This document shows positions 28,149 through 38,429 of a stretch of 64,000 bases of DNA, piece by piece (the first letter of the stretch is position 1; every line of letters begins with the position of its first letter). Origin of the DNA: Clostridia bacterium (GTDB lineage Bacteria; Bacillota; Clostridia; UMGS1883); NCBI GenBank assembly GCA_045660765.1, contig JAZREK010000026.1, positions 360-64,359 on the forward strand. The letters run 5' to 3'. A program made the translations under genes and the position numbers. The notes under the pieces were generated by a model. It ran no database searches and was not told the DNA's origin. It saw nothing but the letters and a program-made list of their open reading frames with translations.

Positions 28149-29555
28149 TTAAAGTTCTATGCCAAAATAGCTTACTGCATTATCACAGCTGATACCTTCA
28201 ACGATTTTTCCAAGAAGGTCGTAGTCTTCGGGGAATTCTCCGTTTTCCACCCATATACCAATAATGTTACAAAGGATTCTTCTGAAATACTCGTGTCTGG
28301 GATATGAAAGGAAACTTCTTGAATCTGTAAGCATTCCTACAAATGCAGAAAGTGCACCAAGGTTTGCAAGAGCCTTCATCTGTTCTTCCATACCATCTCT
28401 GTGGTCATTGAACCACCAAGCGGAGCCGAACTGAATCTTACCCTTTACGCCACCTGTCTGGAAGTTACCGAGCATAGTGCCGAGAACAAAGTTGTCCTTG
28501 GGATTAAGAGTGTAAAGTATCGTCTTGGGAAGAAGATCCTCTTTATCAAGTTCATTAAGGAACGCTGAAAGTGTTTTTGCCTGAATCGGGTCGTCGATTG
28601 AGTCAAAGCCGACATCAGCTCCAAGTTTTCCAAACATTCTTGTGTTATTGTTTCTGAGGGGGCTGAGATGAAGCTGCATTGCCCAATTACGCTTTGCATA
28701 CTCTTTTCCGAGGAAGAGCATAATTGCAGTTTTGTAGATTTCGGCTTCCTCGTCTGTAACTGCTTTTCCCTGGAGTGCCTTCTTATAGATAGCGTTAACT
28801 TCTTTTTCATCAGCCAATATGAAAGGCATTGCAGATGCTGAATGGTCTGAAATCTTACAGCCAACGCTCTCAAACTTGTCAAGTGTTATAACAAGAGCTT
28901 TCTTGAGTGATTCTATATCTTTCACTTCTACGCCTGTTGACTCTTCAAGTTTTGCAATGTACTGAGCAAATGTATCCTTTTCGATACCAAGTACATTATC
29001 AGGTCTGTATGTAGGAACTACGCGAGTTTTGAACGACTTATCTTCGCGAAGCATTTTGTGGTATTCAAGGGTATCGCAGGGGTCATCTGTTGTAGCGATA
29101 AGAGCTACATTTGACTTTTCAATAAGTTTACGTGCTGAAAATCCGCCTGCTGATATCTGTGCGTTTGCTTCATTCCAGATTTTTTCTGCATTTTTCTCGG
29201 TGAGATATTCATCAATTCCAAAATATCTCTGAAGTTCAAGGTGTGTCCAGTGATAAAGAGGATTTCCGATAGCGTACTGAACAGCTTTTGCGTATGCCAT
29301 GAATTTTTCGAAATCTGTTGCATCTCCTGTACAGCATCTCTCTTCAGTACCCATACTGCGCATAAATCTCCACTTGTAATGGTCACCTGCAAGCCAGATT
29401 TCAGCAATATTTGAGTAATTTTTATCTTCGTAAATCTCTTTGGGAGAAAGATGACAATGGTAGTCATAAATCATCTTGTTCTTTGCATAGTCGTGATAAA
29501 GTTTCTGCGCTGTTTTTGTTTCAAGCAAGAAATTTTCATCCATAAATTTTTTCAT
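28149..29555 (-). CDS. uxaC: Glucuronate isomerase
   Basis: YDYHCHLSPKEIYED...GDHYKWRFMRSMG signature. Confidence 0.85.
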   Translation of the reverse strand: MKKFMDENFLLETKTAQKLYHDYAKNKMIYDYHCHLSPKEIYEDKNYSNIAEIWLAGDHYKWRFMRSMGTEERCCTGDATDFEKFMAYAKAVQYAIGNPLYHWTHLELQRYFGIDEYLTEKNAEKIWNEANAQISAGGFSARKLIEKSNVALIATTDDPCDTLEYHKMLREDKSFKTRVVPTYRPDNVLGIEKDTFAQYIAKLEESTGVEVKDIESLKKALVITLDKFESVGCKISDHSASAMPFILADEKEVNAIYKKALQGKAVTDEEAEIYKTAIMLFLGKEYAKRNWAMQLHLSPLRNNNTRMFGKLGADVGFDSIDDPIQAKTLSAFLNELDKEDLLPKTILYTLNPKDNFVLGTMLGNFQTGGVKGKIQFGSAWWFNDHRDGMEEQMKALANLGALSAFVGMLTDSRSFLSYPRHEYFRRILCNIIGIWVENGEFPEDYDLLGKIVEGISCDNAVSYFGIEL

Positions 29556-29675
29556 AATTTTACCCTTCCTTTCAAAGCTTATCTGTCTTTTTATGAAATA
29601 GCCATTATATATAGCAATATTGTATCATAACAGAATTTATCAGTCAATTAAATAATGCCTGATTCATTTAATTTT

Positions 29676-29707
29676 TAAAGGGTGTAACGGTATCGTTACA
29701 CCCTTTG
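29676..29707 (-). terminator. GC-rich hairpin AAGGGTGTAACG/CGTTACACCCTT downstream of the ald-like gene
   Basis: 12-bp perfect stem with a modest U-tract. Confidence 0.6.
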
Positions 29708-29716
29708 ATTCAACTA

Positions 29717-30883
29717 TTATTTCTTATAGAAATTTGTAGAGCGTGTTACAGTTGCAGGAGGAGCAAAGTCAAGCTTCTGATCTGCAATACCAAGAACGTC
29801 CTCGGGACGAATCCAGGGCTTGTTCTGGATAGCACTTGTTTCTTCGTGTGTAAGGTAACCCTTGTATGTTGTCATACTTCTTCTGTAGAAACCGTCCTTT
29901 ACGCAGCACTTTTCAACGCCGTCGTTAAGAAGGCTCATGATCATGGGAAGCATTTCTGCAGCGTAAGCAACAGAAGTTGTGTTAGCAACAGCACCGGGGA
30001 TGTTAGATACACAGTAGTGAACTACGCCGTTAACAACGTAACGGGGATCGTCGTGATGTGTTTCGTGGCTTGATTCAATAGCACCGGGTTCGTCGTTTGA
30101 AATATCAACGAGAACGCTACCGGGTTCCATAAGCTTAAGCATTTCCTTGTCGATGAGGAAATCCTTTCTTTCTTTGGGCCACTTAACACAGTTGATAACC
30201 ATATCTGTCTGAGGAAGAACAGATGCGATTGTTTCCTTGTTACAGAACATTGTGTTGATTGAGCTCTTGTACTCAGAAAGAACAGAGCGAAGGATACCTA
30301 CGTTGATATCCATTACTGTACAGTTAGCACCGAGTGCGTGGAGAACTTCAAGAGCACCGCGACCAACAACGCCGCAACCGAGAATAAGTACGTTCATTCT
30401 GGGAGCGCCTGCGAAACCGCCTACGAACTTACCCTTACCACCATTGATTGTAAGCATTGATTCAAGACCGAAAAGAGCACCCTGCTTACCTGCTGCTTCA
30501 CAGTTGGGAGAACCAAATCTGTGAGCATCTTCAGCTGTGAAAGAGATACACTTGCTTTCAAGAAGAGCATCTACTTCTTCAGGATGACCTGCGGGATGGA
30601 TACAACCAAGGATAATCTGGTTTTCTCTCATAAGAGGATATTCAACAGGTGTGAATTCCTTAACTTTTGCAACCATGTCGCAGTTTGCCCAGATTTCTTC
30701 CTTTGTAGCAGCAATCTTTGCACCTGCTTCAATATACTTTTCGTCGGGGAAACCTGCTGCCTTACCGCAGTCATGTTCAGCCCATACTTCGTGACCTGCA
30801 GCAACGATGCTCATTACTTCTGCAGGAGTAGAAATTACACGAAATTCGCCTTCTTTAATGTCCTTTAAAATACCGTATTTCAT
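29717..30883 (-). CDS. Alanine dehydrogenase/PNT-family NAD(H)-dependent oxidoreductase
   Basis: N-terminal AlaDh_PNT_N-like region and NAD-binding GCGVVGRGALEVL. Confidence 0.55.
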   Translation of the reverse strand: MKYGILKDIKEGEFRVISTPAEVMSIVAAGHEVWAEHDCGKAAGFPDEKYIEAGAKIAATKEEIWANCDMVAKVKEFTPVEYPLMRENQIILGCIHPAGHPEEVDALLESKCISFTAEDAHRFGSPNCEAAGKQGALFGLESMLTINGGKGKFVGGFAGAPRMNVLILGCGVVGRGALEVLHALGANCTVMDINVGILRSVLSEYKSSINTMFCNKETIASVLPQTDMVINCVKWPKERKDFLIDKEMLKLMEPGSVLVDISNDEPGAIESSHETHHDDPRYVVNGVVHYCVSNIPGAVANTTSVAYAAEMLPMIMSLLNDGVEKCCVKDGFYRRSMTTYKGYLTHEETSAIQNKPWIRPEDVLGIADQKLDFAPPATVTRSTNFYKK

Positions 30884-30926
30884 AATACGACCTCCTAAAA
30901 AAATTTTAAAGATTTTATATTATAAA

Positions 30927-31793
30927 TTAATTATTTAACTCTTTAAAGCCTTCGCCCTGTACTTCCTTTACATCGGAAATAATGGTGAACGAATCCTTAT
31001 CAATTTCTTTTATTTTCTGTAAAAGTTTGGGAAGTTCTTTATTTCTTACAACGCACATAATCATTGTATTATCTTCCTCGGTATAACAGCCTTTACTGTA
31101 TATTCCTGTAACGCCGCGCACCATATCACTCATAATTTCTTTTGCGATTTCATCGTGCTTTTTAGAAATTATAAACACTGATTTTGCATGGTCACCACTC
31201 ACAAGCACCCAGTCTGTAACCTTACTGCTAATGTAGAGAGACAGAACTGAATAAAACATAATTGTATAGTCACGGAAAACTACACCGGATGCGATAATTA
31301 CCGCTGAATCAATCAAGAGTATGAAAGTAGCAACAGAGATATGAGGCATTAACTTATGAAAAATAAGTGCCGCAAAGTCGCTGCCGCCTGTTGAACCGTC
31401 TTTATAAACAACAAGTCCGACACCAAGTCCAACCAATATACCGCCGAAAATCGAGCAGATAAGGATGTCTTTATCATATTCTCCGAAAATAGGTGTAATT
31501 GCAAGAGCCGCTGAAAGGAAAAGTATTCCTGCAACAGTTTTCATAACCGCACCGCTTCTGAGTGTCTTGTAACCAAAGATAAAGAGAACGGCATTTATCG
31601 CTAAGGTTGTAACTGAAAGCGGGACTTTTGCCACATAGTACAAAACAGTACCTACACCCGCTACACCACCGGTTGAAATTTTAATGGGATTTAAGAAATA
31701 GGTTATTGCAAACGCGAGTATAAAAGAACCTATGAGTATGTAAAGATATTCGATAAGAACTTTCTTAACATCAACTTTTTTTAGTTTCTGCAT
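30927..31793 (-). CDS. YitT-family membrane protein (DUF161 plus DUF2179)
   Basis: ILAFAITYFLNPIKISTGGVAGVGTVLYY and C-terminal DUF2179-like domain. Start set to the ATG at 31793 with a GAGAGGAGA SD rather than the longer ORF in the track. Confidence 0.65.
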   Translation of the reverse strand: MQKLKKVDVKKVLIEYLYILIGSFILAFAITYFLNPIKISTGGVAGVGTVLYYVAKVPLSVTTLAINAVLFIFGYKTLRSGAVMKTVAGILFLSAALAITPIFGEYDKDILICSIFGGILVGLGVGLVVYKDGSTGGSDFAALIFHKLMPHISVATFILLIDSAVIIASGVVFRDYTIMFYSVLSLYISSKVTDWVLVSGDHAKSVFIISKKHDEIAKEIMSDMVRGVTGIYSKGCYTEEDNTMIMCVVRNKELPKLLQKIKEIDKDSFTIISDVKEVQGEGFKELNN

Positions 31794-31928
31794 AGGGTAT
31801 CTCCTCTCACGAATATAATATTTGTTGACATTTTTTGCACTATGCGGTACAATTATATCGTGATTTTTTGGCAAAGTCACGCCATTTCCTATTTACTTTA
31901 TGCCAATTTTTGTTGTTGAGGTGATAAT

Positions 31929-32711
31929 TTGAAAGCAGAATTTGGTATCATACGCGAAAAGAATAATAAGCTCTTTTATAAGGAATATCAGAATGATAAA
32001 GGTGTCTTCCACTTTCATTCCCAGATAGAACTTTATTTCGTCGAAGAAGGCGAAATGGAGATTTACGTAAACAATCAGGGACGAATTGTAGAAGCGGGAG
32101 AAATGTCAGTAGCTTTAAGCTACGATGCTCACTCTTACAAAACACCGACAAGTTCTAAATCAAGTGTTTTTATAATCCCTCTTCATATGTGCGAAGAATT
32201 TATAAAATCAATTGAGCACAAGAGGGTGACGAATCCCTTCATTACAGATAAAGAAGTTGTTCTCAAAATCAAATCACTTATACAAGAAGTAGATATAAAA
32301 TCAACCAACGAAATAAAAACAATGGGTTATATCTACCTTATTCTTGGGCTTATTATGGAAAATATCGGTTTTGAAACAACGCAGGATCTTCACCAACCCG
32401 ATTTATCTTCCAAAATTCTTTTATATATTAACGAAAATTTCACCAAGGACATATCTCTCGCGACACTTGCTTCCGAATTCGGATACAGCGAAAGCCATTT
32501 GTCAAGATACTTTAAGTCATATTTCAACATTTCGCTTAATCAGTACATTACAGTTATACGACTGAAAAATGCACTTATGCTTATGCATGAAAAGAAAAAT
32601 ACTCTCACCTACTGCGCATTTGAAAGCGGTTTCGGTTCGATGAGAACATTTTACAGGGTGTTTTTCAATGAGTTTGGATGTTCACCAAAAGAATACCTGA
32701 AAAAAATGTAA
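31929..32711 (+). CDS. AraC-family transcriptional regulator (cupin plus HTH_18)
   Basis: C-terminal HTH with the AraC signature (SHLSRYFKSYF...FGSMRTFYRVF). Confidence 0.75.
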   Translation: MKAEFGIIREKNNKLFYKEYQNDKGVFHFHSQIELYFVEEGEMEIYVNNQGRIVEAGEMSVALSYDAHSYKTPTSSKSSVFIIPLHMCEEFIKSIEHKRVTNPFITDKEVVLKIKSLIQEVDIKSTNEIKTMGYIYLILGLIMENIGFETTQDLHQPDLSSKILLYINENFTKDISLATLASEFGYSESHLSRYFKSYFNISLNQYITVIRLKNALMLMHEKKNTLTYCAFESGFGSMRTFYRVFFNEFGCSPKEYLKKM

Positions 32712-32720
32712 TATAGGTTT

Positions 32721-32756
32721 ATGGATGGGTTGTAATACAACCCATCCATTTTTTAT
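32721..32756. terminator. Bidirectional terminator ATGGATGGGTTG/CAACCCATCCAT plus T-run
   Basis: 12-bp perfect stem between convergent genes. Confidence 0.75.
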
Positions 32757-34087
32757 TTCCAGTACTTTCTGTCATTAACAGTGTCTACAAACTCTCTGAT
32801 AGAAAGATTTTCGTCGCCAGTAATAAGCTCAAGCACCTTGTCCTGCCCTTCCTTTGTGATAAGAGGTGCTGTAATTCTGTAGAACTTTTCACCAAGCCAG
32901 TCAAGACCGATATTCTCATGCGCCTCACCACTGGGTTCAAACTCTTTTGAAATATAAAGGTTTCCGTTCTTATCAGTAATTTCCGCGCGACAAATTCTCT
33001 TTGCCGGGAACTGTGCGTCAAGCTTTTCATCTGTTTCAAAAGAAAGCTTGCTCATCATTTCAAGCACTTTAGGATCAGCAAGATTTTCTTTCCATACGTG
33101 CTCAATACCGAATGTTCCGTAAACAATCGCTGTTGCTACGGGGTAAGCGATATTATACTGCGCCTCGTCAGGTGTCTGGGGATGAATCTTTGAAAGGCGA
33201 GTTGCACGGTTGAAAGTCTTCATTACAACCTTTTCAACATCTTCTACCTTAATGCCATTCTCTTTCATTGTTGAAACACAAGCATCAATGGCAGGATGTC
33301 CCCATCTGCAACAGGGATAAGGCTTGAAATAAAGGTTCATAACCTCATAATTTTCGCCTAAATCATCAAGATAGTGCTTATAGTCTTCGCCTTCAAGAAG
33401 GTTCTTGTTACCCTCGAATCCTGAAAGTGATTCCATAATTGCAAGAGTACCGATCATAACACCGAAAGGCACACCGTCTTTGTTCATTGAGGGATACTCG
33501 ACGCTTCTGATACCGGGAACGAGAGGTGCATTGAAGTCTGCAATAGAAAGAACATTATTAAGTTCCTCCTTTGTAAATCCGAGGATTCTAGCAACACCTG
33601 CGGCAACGCCAACTGCACCGAATGTACCGCTTGAATGAGCATAGTCATAGTATTCCATCATTGCTGCACCGCTTCTTATGGATGTTTCATAAGCAACGAG
33701 CATCGCCATAAGGAATTCTTTTACTGTGATATTGTTTTCATACGCAGATGCAAGAATTGCACCTACAAATGATGTACCCGGATGTGTACGGGTAAGGTTA
33801 TGACCATCGTCTATATCATAAGCGTTAGAAGAATGACCCATAGCTGCAGATGCACCCATAAAGTTAAACTTCTTTTCGCTACCAATTACGGGAATGTCAC
33901 CCTCGCCATAAAGTCTTTCTGCAAGACGAAGTCCTGTTTCGAACTGACTGCTTCTGCTACCTGAAATGAGAGCGCCCATAAGGTCGAGGAAACAACCTCT
34001 CATACGGGTTTTAACTTCTTCGGGAAGATCTTCCCACTTGATGTTTAATATGAAATTTTCAAGTTTGTAATCTGTAATATATTTCAT
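32753..34087 (-). CDS. MmgE/PrpD-family protein (2-methylcitrate dehydratase superfamily)
   Basis: N-terminal and central PrpD motifs; 444 aa. Confidence 0.7.
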   Translation of the reverse strand: MKYITDYKLENFILNIKWEDLPEEVKTRMRGCFLDLMGALISGSRSSQFETGLRLAERLYGEGDIPVIGSEKKFNFMGASAAMGHSSNAYDIDDGHNLTRTHPGTSFVGAILASAYENNITVKEFLMAMLVAYETSIRSGAAMMEYYDYAHSSGTFGAVGVAAGVARILGFTKEELNNVLSIADFNAPLVPGIRSVEYPSMNKDGVPFGVMIGTLAIMESLSGFEGNKNLLEGEDYKHYLDDLGENYEVMNLYFKPYPCCRWGHPAIDACVSTMKENGIKVEDVEKVVMKTFNRATRLSKIHPQTPDEAQYNIAYPVATAIVYGTFGIEHVWKENLADPKVLEMMSKLSFETDEKLDAQFPAKRICRAEITDKNGNLYISKEFEPSGEAHENIGLDWLGEKFYRITAPLITKEGQDKVLELITGDENLSIREFVDTVNDRKYWK

Positions 34088-34098
34088 TCTATCACCTA

Positions 34099-35469
34099 TT
34101 ATTTGATTTTTGGAAGGCTTGCAGCTGCAACTGACTGTCCTACTCTTCTTGCCTTTTCATCAGGAATGTGAAGCTGAACCTTTTTGGAAAGTTCAGGGTA
34201 TTCATTCTTAAGTACTTCGTTTGCCTTTTCAAGAAGAATTGTGCCACCTTTACCGCTTGTTACTCTACCCATAATAAGAACGTGCTTAATATCATAGAAA
34301 ACGCTGTAATAAGCAATTGCATAACCGAAATATGTACCGATTGTTTCATATATGTCTGCAGCACGAGGATCGTCCTGTTCCATAAGGCCCTGAACAACCT
34401 TGAGCTTTTCAGCAGGTGAAAGAGTTTCATCAAGTTCGATACCTGCACGGGGTGCAAGTTTGATTACGCCATCCTGAGAGAAGTACTTAACACCACAGCC
34501 GTAGTCTCCACTCCACTCATCAACCATCGCACCCTTGTTGAAATCAACGGGAGCGAAAGCGAGTTCGTTAAGCCAGCCTGTGATATTACCCTTCTTGTCA
34601 ATATAGCCTGCAGCTTCGCTTGTACCCATAGCAACACCGAGAACGTTGTTGTCTTCAAGGCTCATAGCACCTGCAAGCGCTGTTACATCACCATCGTTGG
34701 CAACTTCAAGCGGAACATCGCCAATTTCTTTTGCAACGTTGATGTACATATTCTTAACGTGTTTTTCGTAATCTTCGGGAGCAACCTTGAGGAAGAGAGA
34801 TGCTGTCTTAATCTTGTTTTCTACATAGATACCTGCAGAAGATACGCCGATAGCATCAACACGAGGCATATGAGATGCCGCTGTTTTCATAGCTGCAAGG
34901 ATACCTTCATAGTGGTACATAGGATCGCTGTTGATTTTGGGGAACCATACAACTTCTTCAGAATATACTGTTTCTCCGTCGATAACAGCAGAAACCTTAC
35001 GGTCACTTCCGCCTGCGTCGAAACCGATTCTGCAGCCATCAAGATGACGACCGACAGGTGCAGATGTATCGTTTTCCTTGGGAGCATCTTTCACGTCTTC
35101 AACATATGCTACTTCGAATTCTTTTTCGTAAACGCTTTCCATAGTAACGCGGTCAAAGTCTCTTGCTCCGCCTACAGAGTAATCTGCAGCGATACGGTCA
35201 TAGATGTACTTTGAGCCGGAGATAGTTACTTTCCAGCCACCCTTTGCCCAAAGAAGTGTCTTGATAATTCTTTCAACGATTGCATAGTTTTCTTCGTCGT
35301 GACCTGTGTTTTCCTTGTAAACATCAATGTCAAATACAGCAGTAAGAGAGCTGTTTCTTTCTACCGCGATAGAAACGCTCTGTGATTCTGCCTTTGCCAC
35401 GGCTGCCTTAAAATCATCAAGGGCTTTAATCATAGGGATAAATTCGGGTTCGAGTTTTGCAATTATCAT
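34099..35469 (-). CDS. ASKHA-superfamily (ROK/BadF-like) sugar kinase with ~140-aa N-terminal extension
   Basis: IGFDAGGSDRKVSAV and ANDGDVTALAGAM actin-fold ATPase motifs; lies in an operon with nagA. Confidence 0.5.
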   Translation of the reverse strand: MIIAKLEPEFIPMIKALDDFKAAVAKAESQSVSIAVERNSSLTAVFDIDVYKENTGHDEENYAIVERIIKTLLWAKGGWKVTISGSKYIYDRIAADYSVGGARDFDRVTMESVYEKEFEVAYVEDVKDAPKENDTSAPVGRHLDGCRIGFDAGGSDRKVSAVIDGETVYSEEVVWFPKINSDPMYHYEGILAAMKTAASHMPRVDAIGVSSAGIYVENKIKTASLFLKVAPEDYEKHVKNMYINVAKEIGDVPLEVANDGDVTALAGAMSLEDNNVLGVAMGTSEAAGYIDKKGNITGWLNELAFAPVDFNKGAMVDEWSGDYGCGVKYFSQDGVIKLAPRAGIELDETLSPAEKLKVVQGLMEQDDPRAADIYETIGTYFGYAIAYYSVFYDIKHVLIMGRVTSGKGGTILLEKANEVLKNEYPELSKKVQLHIPDEKARRVGQSVAAASLPKIK

Positions 35470-35471
35470 AA

Positions 35472-36617
35472 TTATTCTCCTTTATATCTTATTTCTCCGC
35501 CGAGAATTGTTGTTTTAATATCAAATTCTTCATCAGCAATTATTATATCGGCACGCTTACCAACTTCAATAGAGCCGATTTCATCATCTACACCAAGAGC
35601 CTTCGCAACATTGAGTGATGCGCAATTAACAGCTTCATTGATTTCAAGATGTGAATATGTGAAGAAATTATATACCGCTTTATTAAGTGTAAGTACACTT
35701 CCTGCTATTGTACCATCAGGAAGAAGACACTTTATTCCTGTTTTATTAAGGAACTGTCCGCCGAGAGTGTAATCGCCGTCAGGCATACCGCCTGCGCGCA
35801 TACAGTCTGTAATAAGGCAAAGCTTATCCTTCTTTACCTTGGCAATAAGCGAATAAAGACCCTTATCTATGTGGAACGTATCTGCTATAAATTCGGTTGT
35901 TACATCATCTCTCGAAAGTGCAGCACCTACCACACCGGGGCCACGATGAGTAAGGGCGGTCATTGCGTTAAAGAGATGAGTAACATGTCCGATACCATTA
36001 TCAAATGCATCCATCGCCTGTTCAAATGTTGCATCTGTGTGACCAATCGAAATAAGAATGCCAGTGTTCTTTTTAACATCTTCAATACATTCTTTTGCGC
36101 CATCAACTTCGGGAGCAATTGTAAAAAGCTTTAATATATCAGCGTGCTTTTTGATGAAGTTTGCGTCTGGTTTCTTAATATGTTCGCCGGGCTGTGCACC
36201 CTTCTTCGACATATTAAGGAAAGGTCCTTCTGCATTTACACCGAGAATTCTTGAGCCATAATATTGACCGCTATCCTTTACTGCACGGATAGAATCAAAA
36301 GACTTCTCGAGTTCTTCTATTGAAACAGTCATTGTAGTGGGACACCACGCGGTAACACCATTTTTAATGATACCTTCTGCCATGGTTATAATTCCCTCTT
36401 CACTGCCGTCCGATGAATCTGCACCAAGATATCCGTGAATATGCATATCAATAAGACCGGGAGAAATATATTTCCCTTCCGCATCGATTATTTCATACTT
36501 GCTTCTATCAATATTCTTTTCATCTGTTATTTCGACAATTTTTTCGTCAAAAACAACGGCCATTCCAAGAGCAATCTTATCCTTTAAAATAAGCTTGCCG
36601 TTTATGATACATTTCAT
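35472..36617 (-). CDS. nagA: N-acetylglucosamine-6-phosphate deacetylase
   Basis: GLIDMHIHGYLGAD...HLFNAM...; metal-dependent amidohydrolase fold. Confidence 0.8.
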   Translation of the reverse strand: MKCIINGKLILKDKIALGMAVVFDEKIVEITDEKNIDRSKYEIIDAEGKYISPGLIDMHIHGYLGADSSDGSEEGIITMAEGIIKNGVTAWCPTTMTVSIEELEKSFDSIRAVKDSGQYYGSRILGVNAEGPFLNMSKKGAQPGEHIKKPDANFIKKHADILKLFTIAPEVDGAKECIEDVKKNTGILISIGHTDATFEQAMDAFDNGIGHVTHLFNAMTALTHRGPGVVGAALSRDDVTTEFIADTFHIDKGLYSLIAKVKKDKLCLITDCMRAGGMPDGDYTLGGQFLNKTGIKCLLPDGTIAGSVLTLNKAVYNFFTYSHLEINEAVNCASLNVAKALGVDDEIGSIEVGKRADIIIADEEFDIKTTILGGEIRYKGE

Positions 36618-36705
36618 AGCTACTCTCCTCTCAAATTATTCCATTAAAATAGTATCATACTATTTTATCAAACGCAACTGATTTTGTTAATTTTTTGTTC
36701 TTTTT

Positions 36706-36752
36706 TTACAAAAAAATAAAACAGGTGGTTTTTTAATCAAAACCACCTGTTT
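36706..36752 (-). terminator. Terminator ACAGGTGGTTTT/AAAACCACCTGT with a U-tract, downstream of ytfJ
   Basis: 12-bp perfect stem. Confidence 0.75.
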
Positions 36753-36757
36753 TTCAC

Positions 36758-37141
36758 TTATTCAGCGTCTTCTTTTTTCTTTGTGATAATGTCATTGACC
36801 TTATTTATTGCAACAGGGATATAATCAATAAGTTTGTCAACAGGTGTGCTTCCTGAAGACACGGGAACCATCTTTATCTGGTCGGGAGTAACAACAAGAA
36901 ATCCTACAGGAGAAATTGATACACCTGCACCACTACCGCCTCCAAAAGACTTGTCCCCTGCAGCAGATGAAGGTATGTCGCTTCCGCCTGCAGCAAAACC
37001 GAAACCAACTCTTGATATCGGAATAATCATTGTTCCGTTAGATGTTTCAACAGGTTCACCGATAACAGTGTCAACATCAATCATACCCTTGATGTTTTCC
37101 ATTACAGTGCTCATTAAATTGTTGATAGGATGTTCGCCCAT
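36758..37141 (-). CDS. ytfJ: Sporulation protein YtfJ (GerW family)
   Basis: GEPVETSNGTMIIPISRVGFGFAAGG motif. Confidence 0.8.
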   Translation of the reverse strand: MGEHPINNLMSTVMENIKGMIDVDTVIGEPVETSNGTMIIPISRVGFGFAAGGSDIPSSAAGDKSFGGGSGAGVSISPVGFLVVTPDQIKMVPVSSGSTPVDKLIDYIPVAINKVNDIITKKKEDAE

Positions 37142-37211
37142 AATTTACTCCTCCTTAAGCACACGGGAGGCAAACCCCATATGCCTTAAATTTATAAAAT
37201 TTGCACACTTT

Positions 37212-37814
37212 TCATTTGTCGTCCTCAAAAGGCGTCTGCCTTAAAACCATATTGGGTTTGACTCCCGTGTGCTTACCCTTGCGGGATTTTATTTTCATCA
37301 AAATTGTTATCGCAATAATTATAATATAAGCAATACTGCTTTTTATTATACATTTTCCTTCAAAGGAAAAAACTGTGTTATTAAATTCCGGATTGATTAC
37401 AACATTATGTTTTTTTATTTTACAAATGCTTCCTATTCTGCCTATCAAGCCATACACGATACCCCAAAGAGCACCGATTAAAACAGCAGTAGACGGAGCG
37501 TCTCCCGTTCCGAAATCAATTTTAATTGTTATTTCATCGAGTTTTGTATATTTGCCAAGAAGCTTTGTTGTAAATTTATAAAAGTTCTTGAAGTCTTCTA
37601 TCTTTTCTCCAAGCTTTTTAGCTTCCTTATCCGCTTTCTCAACTTTTTCATTCGGAGTTTCGCTCGTTTTTCTATCAATTGTTTTTCTGTAAACCGTAAT
37701 ACCTGCCAGAGAAACCTTTAGCCTACCCTCTTTTTTATAGAGAAGTTCAGCCCTGACGGGTAAAAACAATATACAAATCAGAATAACAATCGCTATACAT
37801 ATACCGTATATCAA
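37212..37814 (-). CDS. DUF2953-family sporulation-associated membrane protein
   Basis: N-terminal TM and typical synteny upstream of ytfJ. Confidence 0.5.
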   Translation of the reverse strand: MIYGICIAIVILICILFLPVRAELLYKKEGRLKVSLAGITVYRKTIDRKTSETPNEKVEKADKEAKKLGEKIEDFKNFYKFTTKLLGKYTKLDEITIKIDFGTGDAPSTAVLIGALWGIVYGLIGRIGSICKIKKHNVVINPEFNNTVFSFEGKCIIKSSIAYIIIIAITILMKIKSRKGKHTGVKPNMVLRQTPFEDDK

Positions 37815-38429
37815 TTATTCATCATTCTCCGTTTCAGCATTTTGTTCCTCTGCCACTTCCTCTATAAGGTCTTTTTCCTGTTGTTCCACAGGAACTTCTT
37901 TTTCCGGAAGCGGAGGAAGTTCTTCAAGATTTTTAAGACCAAAACATCTTAAAAACTCTGTCGTTGTTCCGTAAAGAATAGGTCTGCCGGGAGTTTCTGC
38001 TCTACCAAGCTCATCGATAAGACCTCTCTCTAAAAGTCTTGTTACGGAATATGTAGAATCAACGCCACGTATAAATTCAATTGTTCCTTTTGTAACCGGC
38101 TGATTATAAGCGATTATAGAAAGTGTTTCAAGCGCTGCAGAAGAAAGACCTGCTTGTTTTTTAATCTGCGTTACTCTCTTAATACACTCAAAATATTCAG
38201 GATTAGAGCACATCTGAATTGAGTTTTCAATTTCTATTATTTTAATCCCGCGATTTTCCTCATCATATTTTTTCTGAAGAGCTATACTCGCTTCTTTTAC
38301 TTCTTCTTCCTTGACCTCAAGCGCTTCTGCAAGCTTTTCTATTTCAACAGCTTCGCCTAAAGAAAAGAGTACCGCTTCAAGCGCACACTCAATATTCTTC
38401 CCAATTGTCAAGTTCCACATCGTTTTCAC
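37815..38429 (-). CDS. scpB: Segregation and condensation protein B
   Basis: ALEAVLFSLGE...IAYNQPVTKGTIEFIRGVDS...GRAETPGRPILYGTT motifs. Confidence 0.85.
   Translation of the reverse strand: MKTMWNLTIGKNIECALEAVLFSLGEAVEIEKLAEALEVKEEEVKEASIALQKKYDEENRGIKIIEIENSIQMCSNPEYFECIKRVTQIKKQAGLSSAALETLSIIAYNQPVTKGTIEFIRGVDSTYSVTRLLERGLIDELGRAETPGRPILYGTTTEFLRCFGLKNLEELPPLPEKEVPVEQQEKDLIEEVAEEQNAETENDE

Noticed and set aside
28445-28882. 145-aa and other nested ORFs inside uxaC, ABC, LysM and DGC genes (e.g. 43262..43693, 24135..24581, 58130..58609)
   Set aside because: All are embedded in or antisense to well-supported genes with clear family signatures. None has an independent SD or motif.
38389-38429. 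41-nt overlap between scpA and scpB
   Set aside because: Probably just an over-extended scpB N-terminus in the ORF track (alternative ATG a few codons in). It is not a programmed frameshift.
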